Virus record (IMG/VR): IMGVR_UViG_3300042691_053605
Coordinates: 64,001 to 128,000 of that record
DNA from: a virus
Direction: 5' to 3' (one strand)
Length of the DNA: 64,000 nt
Below, one piece after another: positions 20,387 through 29,902 of this stretch. A model generated the notes under the pieces. That model was not told the origin of the DNA. It worked only from the letters and a program-made list of their open reading frames with translations, and did no database searches. Numbering within the stretch: position 1 is the first letter of the stretch; every line of letters begins with the position of its first letter. The position numbers and the translations under genes are program-made.

Positions 20387-21910
20387 TTATACCGGTGTCG
20401 GCCATTCTCTACGTGTTAAGTAAACCTTATGTATAAAACCTGGCGGATTTCTTGGATTTTCTTCTGTAGGCATACCCATTGATGAAATAGGACTATCTTG
20501 CGAATATGAAAACGACATTCCAGCTATCATATAATAGCCACTGTAGAATCTATCCAATATCATGCTAGGGTACATTGCATCAGGTTGTTCCTGTTCAGGC
20601 GAATTAAGTATTGTTTGGTGACGAATGTCATTCATTACAAATAATATCAATGGAATACGTTCACCCCGGTAGAGATTAAAATTGCCTCTTTCAAGATCAA
20701 TATTAATTGTAATTTTTTCCAATTCTACATTATTTCGATCATTCCAAAGCTTTGCATAATTGTATTTTTCATGTGCATTGCCTTCGGGCGCGGTATATTG
20801 AATTCCCATCCACACATGACGAGCCTGTGTTTTCCAATAGTCTTCAGACGGCGTTCCGGGTTTTGTAGTACGGCCTTTTAGAATAATTTTGTTCCCACCA
20901 GCGCCTTCAGTATTTAGAGGATCCACATAGATTGACCAGTATTGTTCAGAGTTTTGCTCAAAAAACTGTGTGTATGTTTTATACCCATAAGCCTGACTTA
21001 CCTGGTTACTCTTATTACTTACGTTGTACCGGTGTATAAACCCAGGAGTTCCTTTATAGTCGGGCCAGTTTGTTAAAATTTTGGAAGTTTGTCCCGTAAG
21101 TTCGGTTAGCTGTTTTTCTGTAGTTTCGCCTCCCATTGTATCGGTAATTCTTAAATTGGTTAAAAGCGCCAAATCTACATTAGTGTCTTCGCTAAATTGA
21201 TTATTGATATTTACAAAATTTAGATTGTAATACACATCAATAAATACGTCAAAGAAGCTTTGCTCGTCCTTCCAGGCATGATCCGCAATAGATAATATGT
21301 ACTCACGGTAATCTGTTCTTGGACTTATCCAGGTTTGCTCATCCGCTGTTGCAGTATCGTTGGAGGCAAAACCTAATTTAAGTTCTCTAGCAATTTCTTT
21401 TAGAACATTATAGCTGGTTCCTTTATAGGAAACTACAACCTCATCATATAAATGAGGAACAAACAATTCACCGTTAATTGTATAAGCTCCGTACATACCT
21501 TCGGAATCTGCGCCTTTACTCGTTACGCTTGTAATTCGATAATCATTTCGTATTGGCTTAAAGGTGTCATTTAATGCACGAATAAAAACAGAGGCAAGAT
21601 CACCATCTTTGGGAATTGCTCCAGACGGAAAAGTTTTCCCTTTTACAAATACCTTAAAACTTACTTTTGGCAAAAACCCAGTATAATCAATGCTGAAATT
21701 CAAAATTTCATCCTGATTAAAGACATAGTTATTAATTTCAATATACGGAAAGTTGGTACCTACGTTCTTTGTCTCTTTGTAATCCCGCGGTTCCCCTTCC
21801 ATTGAGGAATTCTTATTTGTACCATAGTCAGCATCGTATATTTCAATACTGTCCAACGGTATTGCTGGATCCATCAAAGACCGTATAATTGCCTTTTCGT
21901 TTTGTGGCAT
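20387..21910 (-). CDS. Putative baseplate hub protein (gp27/gpD-like)
   Basis: Position upstream of gp5; C-terminal DRFYSGYYMIAGMSF motif. Confidence 0.55.
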   Translation of the reverse strand: MPQNEKAIIRSLMDPAIPLDSIEIYDADYGTNKNSSMEGEPRDYKETKNVGTNFPYIEINNYVFNQDEILNFSIDYTGFLPKVSFKVFVKGKTFPSGAIPKDGDLASVFIRALNDTFKPIRNDYRITSVTSKGADSEGMYGAYTINGELFVPHLYDEVVVSYKGTSYNVLKEIARELKLGFASNDTATADEQTWISPRTDYREYILSIADHAWKDEQSFFDVFIDVYYNLNFVNINNQFSEDTNVDLALLTNLRITDTMGGETTEKQLTELTGQTSKILTNWPDYKGTPGFIHRYNVSNKSNQVSQAYGYKTYTQFFEQNSEQYWSIYVDPLNTEGAGGNKIILKGRTTKPGTPSEDYWKTQARHVWMGIQYTAPEGNAHEKYNYAKLWNDRNNVELEKITINIDLERGNFNLYRGERIPLILFVMNDIRHQTILNSPEQEQPDAMYPSMILDRFYSGYYMIAGMSFSYSQDSPISSMGMPTEENPRNPPGFIHKVYLTRREWPTPV

Positions 21911-22527
21911 TAAGAATTAGATTTTTGATTGTTCTTTAAGAGCTTTGATAAAAATTCAGTTTTTGATAGAGGAGCATTTACCTCATTTGAATTTTTACTT
22001 ACCGCACTTCCAAAATAAATTTTGCCTCCTTTGATTTCAATTTCCTTATCACCAAAATTAGCAAAGTTTGGTGGTAACGGAGGCGTGGTTTTACTGGGAT
22101 CTGCTTTTTTAGGCTTATTACGATTATCAAATTTACCTAGCGTTGGATCCAGTTTTGAAATTTTCTCAGGATCAATATACTGGTTACGGATATCAAATTT
22201 TTGCTTTTCTGCGGCAGTACCAAACTTCATATTTATGTTTGCGTAAATTGGATCCGGCACAAACAGCAAATCACCCGTGTCAATTGTAAACGGATTGCTT
22301 ATATCGTTAAACTTTAGCATCTTTTCAGTTTGTGCGGTGGATCCCATTGAAATTTTAGTAATGGAATCAATACGCATAGCCAAATCTTCTGTTACTAGCA
22401 CATAATTGATCATTGGTTGATCCACCGTAATGTTCATTGATTGTTGTGTCAAATCTACAATCTGATCACCGTTTTCTAGCTGAATAATCGGCTTATTGTC
22501 AATTGTTGCAGGAAATTCTATTGGCAT
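21910..22527 (-). CDS. Baseplate wedge gp53 / LysM-like protein
   Basis: MRIDSI...LKFNDISNPFTIDTGDLLFVP. Confidence 0.65.
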   Translation of the reverse strand: MPIEFPATIDNKPIIQLENGDQIVDLTQQSMNITVDQPMINYVLVTEDLAMRIDSITKISMGSTAQTEKMLKFNDISNPFTIDTGDLLFVPDPIYANINMKFGTAAEKQKFDIRNQYIDPEKISKLDPTLGKFDNRNKPKKADPSKTTPPLPPNFANFGDKEIEIKGGKIYFGSAVSKNSNEVNAPLSKTEFLSKLLKNNQKSNS

Positions 22528-22531
22528 TTAA

Positions 22532-24571
22532 TTAGGCTTTTTTGTTATATCCAAGTCCCCATTTAGCAGCAGTACTGCTATATGTCTTGGTTGCGGTTTG
22601 CGTTACTGTATTAATTGCATTATCCACAGCAGCAGGATCTCCAAGTAGCGCAGATCTTCTATAAAATTTACCTCCAGGTTTGCGAGTTCCAGTATTGCCT
22701 TCTCCACCGCTTCCTTTGTTTTTTCCGGTATACGCATCCACTTTTGTCATACTTGCTGACGAAATGTTTTGCTCATACCCAGGAGGCAAAGAATATAAAC
22801 GGCCGCCACCTGCGTTAAACATGGATTCAATTGCATCGCGATCTCGTGGTCTTCCATGTGCCAATGTTATTGTTGCTTTGATTTCTGTAGGAAAATCATC
22901 AGGCCCAAGCTCATCATTAAATTCAATTTTTGCATTTTCACAAATAAGATTGCCGATCATCATCATTGGATTAAACGGATTGCCTACCATTAAATGCCAT
23001 TCACCAACAGGTTCTCCAGTTAAAATTGCTTTAATTCCGGTTACAAATCCTGGTTGTGAAGTCACGGTTGATTTCATATAGTTGCTTCCCATTCCAGCAG
23101 CAAGAGACTTAATTGCGTCAATAGGATTTTGAACCGCGGAAAACAAAAAATCACTTACCGCGCTTGCTGCCTTTGAAAATTGTGAAGCTACTGAATTCAT
23201 AAAGGCCCCGGGATCACCTCGTAACCAGGCAGCACGTCCCGCTTTCCCTCCAAGAAACGGAGCAGCATTTCCAGGCGCTCCTGGCCTAAAACGGTTAGCC
23301 CCGCCCCAGAATGTTGCGGACGCAGAAGTCAATAAGAGTAAATTTGACATAATATCAAGCATTGCTGCTTTAGCGTTTATACCTCCAATACTTCGAGCAG
23401 AATACTCAAAAACCAGGGTAATTTTATGATCAAATTTAAGTCCGCGCTCTCTCATTTTTACCGAGTCAATAACATTTATTGGCCCGATAATTTTATTTTG
23501 CCAAGGCCCATCGGTATACGGATCAGGGGGCGCACCTCTTTGAGCCTGTTGTTCATCTCCACCACGATAATCTCCCGAAATAAGTCCTAACCACTTTGCA
23601 ACTCCAGGAACTGGACCAGCGCCTGCATCACCAGGCTCTGCAGGTGATACCACATTCATTTCTGATTTGAGGTCTTTCCAATTTAATCCTGTTTCAATAG
23701 GACCAAGAATGGTAGATATTTTATTTCCAGTATCTTCTCCAAGCCAGGTAACAGCGGTAGCCACTGGACGAAGCTTTGTAGTATCAAAAGGATTGTCTCC
23801 CTTTGGATTTTTTTCGCCATCGGCCTCTAAATTATCTGCAGTAGGAAACGGATATCTTCTAAGAGTTACTAAATAATTGTTAGGAATTAATTGCCACCAT
23901 TTGCAATAAGCAAAATCCTGAAACCTATAAGGCATTCTATCACGATTCTTTTCTTCCTGGCTCCACTCTACTAATTGAGTTACTGTAGGCGATTTGTACC
24001 TATGTCCTCTTTCAGCGTTATATTGATCAACTTCGTACCACCTTGGCTGGTTTTCCTGATCCATTAAAAGTGACATGGCATTTGCATCCTTGGTAGCAGT
24101 AAATTGCTGAAAACTTATATACGCATTAGGGTTCATAATTGACGGAACCCCGCCAAATTCTTTTAACTCTGAATACGCCGACAGATCTTTTATGTTTTGC
24201 GCGGACACCTTTTGCGAATCGCTTTGATTAGGATCCTCGGGAAGAACAAAGCCTTCAACAAGAGGCTCAACGGCTTCTGCGCTAAAGCTTAAAAGTGTTG
24301 AATTTTTTGAATCCGAAATAAAAATAAGTCTTGGATCATGCGGCCCCATCATTAAAGGTGGTTGCCCAGGAGTTGCTTCTTGCGTTACCGACGTATTGTT
24401 TTGTGGTTCCAGCGGTTTTGGAACATACAATGCTACGTTATCAATAAGAAAATCTACATTTGAATCCTCTATCACAAATTGATCAGGTACTCCGACTCTT
24501 TGAAGCGGATCCAGATAATTGTAATAAACAAACGGGTCTTCTCTCTTAATAAAAATGTAAACTAATGCCAT
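22532..24571 (-). CDS. Putative tail/baseplate protein (tube-initiator-like)
   Basis: WHLMVGNPFNP, DELGPDDFPTE, HGRPRD; start moved to 24571 because a promoter motif overlaps the tracked start. Confidence 0.55.
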   Translation of the reverse strand: MALVYIFIKREDPFVYYNYLDPLQRVGVPDQFVIEDSNVDFLIDNVALYVPKPLEPQNNTSVTQEATPGQPPLMMGPHDPRLIFISDSKNSTLLSFSAEAVEPLVEGFVLPEDPNQSDSQKVSAQNIKDLSAYSELKEFGGVPSIMNPNAYISFQQFTATKDANAMSLLMDQENQPRWYEVDQYNAERGHRYKSPTVTQLVEWSQEEKNRDRMPYRFQDFAYCKWWQLIPNNYLVTLRRYPFPTADNLEADGEKNPKGDNPFDTTKLRPVATAVTWLGEDTGNKISTILGPIETGLNWKDLKSEMNVVSPAEPGDAGAGPVPGVAKWLGLISGDYRGGDEQQAQRGAPPDPYTDGPWQNKIIGPINVIDSVKMRERGLKFDHKITLVFEYSARSIGGINAKAAMLDIMSNLLLLTSASATFWGGANRFRPGAPGNAAPFLGGKAGRAAWLRGDPGAFMNSVASQFSKAASAVSDFLFSAVQNPIDAIKSLAAGMGSNYMKSTVTSQPGFVTGIKAILTGEPVGEWHLMVGNPFNPMMMIGNLICENAKIEFNDELGPDDFPTEIKATITLAHGRPRDRDAIESMFNAGGGRLYSLPPGYEQNISSASMTKVDAYTGKNKGSGGEGNTGTRKPGGKFYRRSALLGDPAAVDNAINTVTQTATKTYSSTAAKWGLGYNKKA

Positions 24572-24587
24572 GCAAACATTTATTTTA

Positions 24588-24596
24588 CTATATATC
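24588..24596 (-). promoter_or_regulatory. Late-type promoter GATATATAG (divergent pair, leftward)
   Basis: Heads the tail operon; 15-bp context identical to 38952-38966. Confidence 0.6.
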
Positions 24597-24623
24597 AAAG
24601 GTTATCCCAAAATGATTCTCTTA

Positions 24624-24632
24624 GATATATAG
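24624..24632 (+). promoter_or_regulatory. Late-type promoter GATATATAG (divergent pair, rightward)
   Basis: Same 9-mer in + orientation 17 bp before the + strand gene at 24650. Confidence 0.6.
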
Positions 24633-24649
24633 AAGAAAATACATTAAGT

Positions 24650-24919
24650 ATGTCTATAGCATCATTTGGCGAATTCAAAAAGACTCTTAACGAAGAAGAG
24701 GAAGGAAAAATGTACTTGCAGGATTTGCAAGAAATTGCTACTTTAGCCACTAAACTTCGTGAAATGATAGATCCTAAAGAAGATCTTGAAGCCTGGATCC
24801 AGGACAAAATAACCATTGCTCATCACAATATGGAAGCAATTCATGGTTATTACAAATCCGAAGAAAAAGGTGGAACCAATTCCACTGCAACTGGCGACGT
24901 CTCAACAACTAGTTTGTAA
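24650..24919 (+). CDS. Putative internal head protein
   Basis: MSIASFGEFKKTLNEE N-terminus; DLEAWIQDKIT motif. Confidence 0.6.
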   Translation: MSIASFGEFKKTLNEEEEGKMYLQDLQEIATLATKLREMIDPKEDLEAWIQDKITIAHHNMEAIHGYYKSEEKGGTNSTATGDVSTTSL

Positions 24920-24920
24920 T

Positions 24921-25079
24921 ATGAAACGGGTTTTGCGTTTTGGCAGAGATATGATGCCTTCTGTAAAAAAGGAAAAAACAACCTTTTCAAAGAAGCCACG
25001 GCTGTTTAGACGGCTGAAAAAAATTGCAATAAAAATGGAAACTTTAAGAATGCAAAAAGATCTTGAAGACGGTGCTTAA
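24921..25079 (+). CDS. Small basic protein (52 aa)
   Basis: ATG immediately after previous stop; MKRVLRFG... Confidence 0.45.
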   Translation: MKRVLRFGRDMMPSVKKEKTTFSKKPRLFRRLKKIAIKMETLRMQKDLEDGA

Positions 25080-25525
25080 TCCTCAAGCGGTATATTATGA
25101 ATCCACTTAAACAGGGAACTCTCTAGCATTCTACACTCTACAATATGAATTTTTTTTACAACAGGGAATATTGCAACGCCATTAAATAATTCATAGTAAT
25201 CCTCATCTGCTCCTTCCTCTGTTAAAAATAAGACATCTTGAATGTCTGTATTTTCATTTACGTAAAACACAATAAATCGAATGATATCCTCATTTAGATC
25301 CGGGTTAGAATAGATTATTGAATGCGCGCGATTTGCTTTCGATACGGTTTTAATCTGCTTCTTTATTTCCTCATTTATTAGGAAGCTGGAATACTCGTCA
25401 AGTTCTGACGGGTTATACCCAAGAGATTGTATAATTTCGCTAACTGAAATTACATGTTGCTTCCTCATATTTAAGAAAGCCTTCTTTAACTTATCGCGTT
25501 CTTCCCGAGTGATGTAGAGATTCAT
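25076..25525 (-). CDS. Hypothetical protein
   Basis: 149-aa ORF in gene run. Confidence 0.6.
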   Translation of the reverse strand: MNLYITREERDKLKKAFLNMRKQHVISVSEIIQSLGYNPSELDEYSSFLINEEIKKQIKTVSKANRAHSIIYSNPDLNEDIIRFIVFYVNENTDIQDVLFLTEEGADEDYYELFNGVAIFPVVKKIHIVECRMLESSLFKWIHNIPLED

Positions 25526-25546
25526 CCTATTGTTTTCTTAATATAT

Positions 25547-25867
25547 TCACGCTTTTCTGCGTGCCTCTCTTTTAGCGAGTTTTTCTGCTCGGGCCTCTTC
25601 TATTTGTTTGTTCTTTTGCAAAATCTCTTCGGCCTGTTCACGAGTGTGCCCAGATTCCATTAAGCTTGCTAATTGTTTTGACCAATTTTCTGCCTCATCA
25701 TTAATTCTTTGATTTTCGGCTTCCTGGATATTTTGCAAATATGTTTGTTTAACATATTCTTTTTTGCGGGCTTTGATAGCCTCGCGTTGTTCAAAAGTCA
25801 TTTGTTTTTCAATTTTGTGAAAACCAAATTGTTTTTCCATCTGACGACGTTCTCTTCTATTTTGCAT
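25547..25867 (-). CDS. Hypothetical coiled-coil protein
   Basis: NRRERR start, charged helical. Confidence 0.6.
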   Translation of the reverse strand: MQNRRERRQMEKQFGFHKIEKQMTFEQREAIKARKKEYVKQTYLQNIQEAENQRINDEAENWSKQLASLMESGHTREQAEEILQKNKQIEEARAEKLAKREARRKA

Positions 25868-26393
25868 TGTTAAAGGATTTTTGATACATAACGTTAAACA
25901 ATCTTAAAAAGGCTCCTAATAGTAGAGTTTCCGAAGACTGTAAAGCCTCCGATACATCTACCATAGTAAGTTCTGAATTGGCCTCTTGATGAGATCCATC
26001 AGGTTGATTATTGCCTTTTTGAATTCCAGTTACATCAACCGCAAAAGCAGGATATTGACGGTCACTATCTTTGCTATCGTGAAAATTTCCAAGGAACACC
26101 CAACGATTTGTATCCGCGGGATCCAATTTGTATCCGCCTTCCTCGTAGAGTTCTCTTACCGCAGCCTCATAGGCATCCGCATCGGAATTATCAATAGTTC
26201 CGGTAATTAGCGTATCTGCGTAATTGGTTTCTCTAAGTGGATTCCACTCTTTCAAAACTCCAATTTTTTCAATAATTCCGCCTTTGCTTACGGTAAACGG
26301 AAGAACTGCAACCGATACCGTTTTTGTGTGTACTCCGTACTTACCGTTTACTTCTACAATATCGAAGTACGGCGTTTCAAATAATTTATTCAT
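25857..26393 (-). CDS. Nudix hydrolase
   Basis: GTID...AAVRELYEEGG Nudix box; likely start MNKLFE. Confidence 0.8.
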   Translation of the reverse strand: MNKLFETPYFDIVEVNGKYGVHTKTVSVAVLPFTVSKGGIIEKIGVLKEWNPLRETNYADTLITGTIDNSDADAYEAAVRELYEEGGYKLDPADTNRWVFLGNFHDSKDSDRQYPAFAVDVTGIQKGNNQPDGSHQEANSELTMVDVSEALQSSETLLLGAFLRLFNVMYQKSFNNAK

Positions 26394-26901
26394 TTTTTCC
26401 TCTTTTTTTCTTGGTGACTGCATCCACTTTTTGTTTAACTATTAATCTGATTTGATCCATTACGGAATCATTGTTTACCGAGCGTACCAAATAATTTGCG
26501 ATATGAGTGTCGCCTCCATTATATGAATCCACAATAACTTTTATGAGTTCGTCAGATGGCATATCTAAATCCAGAGTAATCTGCATTTTGGTCTTCTTTT
26601 TCTTACTCATTTCCAATAAGTCATATACCGGATTGAGTTCAGCTGGCGGCTGTGTTTTTGCTTCTTTCTTTACCACTTCTTCCTGACGAGGAGCTTTAAC
26701 GGGTTCAGGTTCCGGCAGATACGGTGCTTCCGCTGGATTACTAATAGGAAGAATCCATTCTCCTACTAATTGAGTATTACATTGGCTGCCATCTTCAAAT
26801 ACAAAAAACTCCATGTTATCATCGTTAATTGTAGTCACGGCTGTAACAATTTTCCCCATTTGGTCGCCGCGAACCCATTGGAACATTTGTGGTTTATCCA
26901 T
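26386..26901 (-). CDS. Hypothetical protein
   Basis: Likely start MDKPQMFQWVRG; the longer tracked ORF overlaps the upstream gene. Confidence 0.55.
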   Translation of the reverse strand: MDKPQMFQWVRGDQMGKIVTAVTTINDDNMEFFVFEDGSQCNTQLVGEWILPISNPAEAPYLPEPEPVKAPRQEEVVKKEAKTQPPAELNPVYDLLEMSKKKKTKMQITLDLDMPSDELIKVIVDSYNGGDTHIANYLVRSVNNDSVMDQIRLIVKQKVDAVTKKKRGKNE

Positions 26902-26905
26902 CTTA

Positions 26906-27232
26906 TTATAGTTTAACATAACTGTTGTATTCTTTCGTGTACTCATATACCCATTCAGCCGTAATGCCTTGCACAGTCCAACCCAGCATTTCTTCGCGAA
27001 AGTTTTCCAAAAACTCTCTGAAATACTTTCCTGGATCGCCGTTTGACTGATAGGTAAATTGGGAAACTGGGAGCTTAAAGGTGTGCCTGGTGCCTTTAAC
27101 CCGCCAGAATAGGTACTGAGCATTTCCAATGTTTTCATACCCAAATTCGATTGTGAGTGGTTCCCATCCATCGGGTTCAACATGGTATTCTCCTGTGTAA
27201 TCAAGTTCATCAAAATTCTTATGAAACGGCAT
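26906..27232 (-). CDS. Hypothetical protein
   Basis: Likely start MPFHKN; fills the gap between neighbours. Confidence 0.55.
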   Translation of the reverse strand: MPFHKNFDELDYTGEYHVEPDGWEPLTIEFGYENIGNAQYLFWRVKGTRHTFKLPVSQFTYQSNGDPGKYFREFLENFREEMLGWTVQGITAEWVYEYTKEYNSYVKL

Positions 27233-27491
27233 TTTCTTCTGAAGATTTCTTAACGTGTTCTTCCTCAAGTGCTTTTAGCATCATTTCCATAATATCACCG
27301 ATTCCTGAATTGTGGTTTTCTGCCATTGCCTCGATATCCTGTCTCATCATTCGGATGTTTGCAAGACCTTTTTCTCCGTGATTAATTTGAATAATCACAC
27401 TATCCCAATCGGAATACGCTTTGTTTTTAAGTGCTTCTTGTTTAAGATCAAACTCAGCCTTTTCCTCTTCGAATGTTTTCTTTTTAGCCAT
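27219..27491 (-). CDS. Hypothetical protein
   Basis: Start MAKKK lies downstream of promoter at 27512-27537. Confidence 0.55.
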   Translation of the reverse strand: MAKKKTFEEEKAEFDLKQEALKNKAYSDWDSVIIQINHGEKGLANIRMMRQDIEAMAENHNSGIGDIMEMMLKALEEEHVKKSSEENAVS

Positions 27492-27511
27492 AGTAGTATG
27501 TTTACTATATT

Positions 27512-27537
27512 TATATTCGCTCATAGAAAAAAGTTTC
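27512..27537 (-). promoter_or_regulatory. ECF-like promoter GAAAC-N14-GAATATA
   Basis: One of 7 equally spaced copies. Confidence 0.65.
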
Positions 27538-27544
27538 AGGGCAT

Positions 27545-27579
27545 AAAAAAGCCTTGAACACTGGTAAAAGTTCAAGGCT
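27545..27579 (-). terminator. Intrinsic terminator
   Basis: AGCCTTGAAC/GTTCAAGGCT stem followed by T-run on minus strand. Confidence 0.75.
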
Positions 27580-27599
27580 AAGATTAGTGACCTTAGTTT

Positions 27600-28427
27600 T
27601 TATAGCTTTACTTCTGGCTTAATAACCCCACTTGTATATGCGCCAATAAAAATTTCATTTTTTTGCACATTTTTAATTGCAATAATTTCGCCATCTTTAG
27701 CAGGCTGTTGGTTATTTCGTATGAATATAATCGGATGATTTTTGAAGTAGTTTTCGTATGCGACTTCTTGAAACTTTGCTTCAAGATTAGACCATCCTTG
27801 AGGATCATTTCTTTTAATAACATCAATATCGCCTTTATTAAATTCTTTGGTCTTTTTAATACCGTTTTTGTCAAGTAGATCTGCAAATTCTTGAATAATT
27901 GGCATCACCTTATCGGGAAATGTTCCGCCCATCTTAAAATTTGAAGCAACATTAGCGGAAGAAACATATACCGCTTTCAGCTCATAAGTAGTACCGCCTG
28001 ATGAAATATCAGCGCCTGCACTACTGCCACCGCCGATAACAGCATCATTAACCAAAAAGTAAATTAAAACTTCGCCAGGACCAATTCCACCAACTTTATA
28101 TTTGAAAAGATTTGTAAATCCTTGCGCGTTCTCAGATCTCAATTCCCCGATTAATTTATTTATGCCAGCCATATCTACTGATCCCAATGTTGTACTTAAA
28201 TCAAACTTTGGAAAAAAGTACTTTTTGAAAAGATACTGAATTGCTTTTTTGTAAGTAACAGTTTTGAAGTCTGCCTCTGTAAGATTAAATCCAGAAACTT
28301 TTTCTGCTCGCGCTAAAAATTTCATATCCTCTTCACCAAGTTCAAGATTTTCAAGAATACCGCGAAAGTACTCTTCACGATTTGCTTCTTCGGTAATAAT
28401 GAAATTTTTGTAATCAAGTAAGCTCAT
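27600..28427 (-). CDS. Putative PD-(D/E)xK nuclease-like protein with capsid-targeting N-terminus
   Basis: GPGE...GADI...YELK motif; MSLLDYKNFIITEE start. Confidence 0.45.
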   Translation of the reverse strand: MSLLDYKNFIITEEANREEYFRGILENLELGEEDMKFLARAEKVSGFNLTEADFKTVTYKKAIQYLFKKYFFPKFDLSTTLGSVDMAGINKLIGELRSENAQGFTNLFKYKVGGIGPGEVLIYFLVNDAVIGGGSSAGADISSGGTTYELKAVYVSSANVASNFKMGGTFPDKVMPIIQEFADLLDKNGIKKTKEFNKGDIDVIKRNDPQGWSNLEAKFQEVAYENYFKNHPIIFIRNNQQPAKDGEIIAIKNVQKNEIFIGAYTSGVIKPEVKL

Positions 28428-28490
28428 TCTGCGGTTGTCTTTTTTTCTTTTTATATTATCCTTAACACAAATAAAGAGTGATCACTACGA

Positions 28491-28709
28491 TCACTCTATA
28501 ACTATCTCGGGTCCACCGATGTACTCTACAATACCGCTTTTTGAAACGGATCTAATTTCATAATCAAAGGTGGTTCCTCTAAATTTTTCTCGTACTTTTG
28601 CCTGAGACTCTTCAATTGTCTCTGCATTTACAAGATAAGTTTCTGTAATGGTACGAACTTTACCATCATCATCGTAACTTGTTTTTACTCTTACTGTCCA
28701 GTGAGCCAT
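28491..28709 (-). CDS. DUF4494-like protein
   Basis: W.V.VK...DGKV...TETYLVNA...E..A pattern resembling the Bacteroidota DUF4494 family. Confidence 0.55.
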   Translation of the reverse strand: MAHWTVRVKTSYDDDGKVRTITETYLVNAETIEESQAKVREKFRGTTFDYEIRSVSKSGIVEYIGGPEIVIE

Positions 28710-28736
28710 ATTATTGTGTTTTAAGGGTTGTCTGTT

Positions 28737-28744
28737 TATTTATC
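28737..28744 (-). promoter_or_regulatory. Late-type promoter GATAAATA
   Basis: Upstream of 28709 start, but overlaps the PAP2 stop codon. Confidence 0.35.
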
Positions 28745-29609
28745 CTTGCAAGAGATTGTTTTCAAAAATGATATTGCAAATTTCTCGTGATATCTGTGTA
28801 TCGGAAGGATAATGAATTCCGGTAACTTCTCGGCTGCGTGCTACTCTTTCTCCCAAATCTTTTAATTCCTTTTTAATCTTGGGATATTTTCTTGAGTAAT
28901 ACTCACTCATTACAAATCCGGTTAGCGCATGACCGCTGGGATACGCCGCAGTCATTGCATCTGTTCTGATTAGCGGATAAAGAGGATAGTTGCAACATTT
29001 TGCTAATTGATAAGGCCTTGGGCGATTGATTATGTCTTTTAGAAAATAGAGAATTCCATCTGGCTGAGAGTCAATTCGGAAATACCCACCCATATCTTCC
29101 TCATAGCCGTTTTCTTTTAAGAGATCAATAAAAGACTGCGCTAAATTACTCACATCATCTACATATCTTGCAAAAGTTATCTCCTCAGCGGTGGCTTCTG
29201 CTGTAAGTTTAACCAGGGTTTCTAAATCCTTTTTTGTGGTTTCACTATCATTGGCAGGAGCGGTTGCACGCATTCTTTCGCAAATACCTTTTTCAATAAA
29301 CCAGTTCTTAATCGGATCGTCAGCCTTTTGTGAAATTTCAAAAAGTTCCATTGGAGGATTTCCGTATTGCACAGAATTAACATCGATACCCTCATCAGTA
29401 ACTCCCATTTGAGCCTCATAGAGATCGGTTTTCTTCTTCTTGCCTTTATCCGGCCCACCCTCATGCGGAATCATACCTTGTGCAATTAGAGAAGTTCTAA
29501 CGCCAAACGGTATTTCCTTTCCGTCCTCGTATTCTTTTTTGTACTTTTGTAAAGTTTCATCTGAATACGGAGATTCTTTCTCTGTTATGAATTCTTTGTA
29601 GTTTTTCAT
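28740..29609 (-). CDS. PAP2-superfamily phosphatase with capsid-targeting N-terminus
   Basis: KDIINRPRP, YPSGH, SREVTGIHYPSD; starts MKNYKEFITE. Confidence 0.85.
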   Translation of the reverse strand: MKNYKEFITEKESPYSDETLQKYKKEYEDGKEIPFGVRTSLIAQGMIPHEGGPDKGKKKKTDLYEAQMGVTDEGIDVNSVQYGNPPMELFEISQKADDPIKNWFIEKGICERMRATAPANDSETTKKDLETLVKLTAEATAEEITFARYVDDVSNLAQSFIDLLKENGYEEDMGGYFRIDSQPDGILYFLKDIINRPRPYQLAKCCNYPLYPLIRTDAMTAAYPSGHALTGFVMSEYYSRKYPKIKKELKDLGERVARSREVTGIHYPSDTQISREICNIIFENNLLQG

Positions 29610-29902
29610 TTATCAAGTAGGTCTTCTCTACCAAGTTGTTTGTAAACCTCTTGGCGGGTTTTTTCCATTTTTTCTGCGTACTCGGGATCGGATTTGCGGT
29701 TAAACACAATTTGTTGTGTAAGACTTCCGCTAATCTTTTTTAAGTCTTTTTTGCGTGTTTTAATCAGCCAGGCTGCAAGATCTTTAATACTTAAATCACG
29801 AAAACGGCCTTCTGCATCCGGAGCATCACTGTCTTTCCAATCTGGAGCGTTAGCAGGTTTTTTCTCTGCTAACCAACTTTCATATAGTTTTACGTACATC
29901 AT
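29606..29902 (-). CDS. Putative internal head protein
   Basis: MYVKLYESWLAE N-terminus. Confidence 0.55.
   Translation of the reverse strand: MMYVKLYESWLAEKKPANAPDWKDSDAPDAEGRFRDLSIKDLAAWLIKTRKKDLKKISGSLTQQIVFNRKSDPEYAEKMEKTRQEVYKQLGREDLLDK

Noticed and set aside
25542-25548. Eighth ECF-like promoter (GAATATA upstream of 25525)
   Set aside because: No AAC element at the conserved 14-nt spacing
26386-27575. Long tracked starts at 27213 and 27575 (similarly 24598, 41975, 42147, 43814)
   Set aside because: Extensions overlap neighbouring genes, promoters or terminators; downstream ATGs fit better
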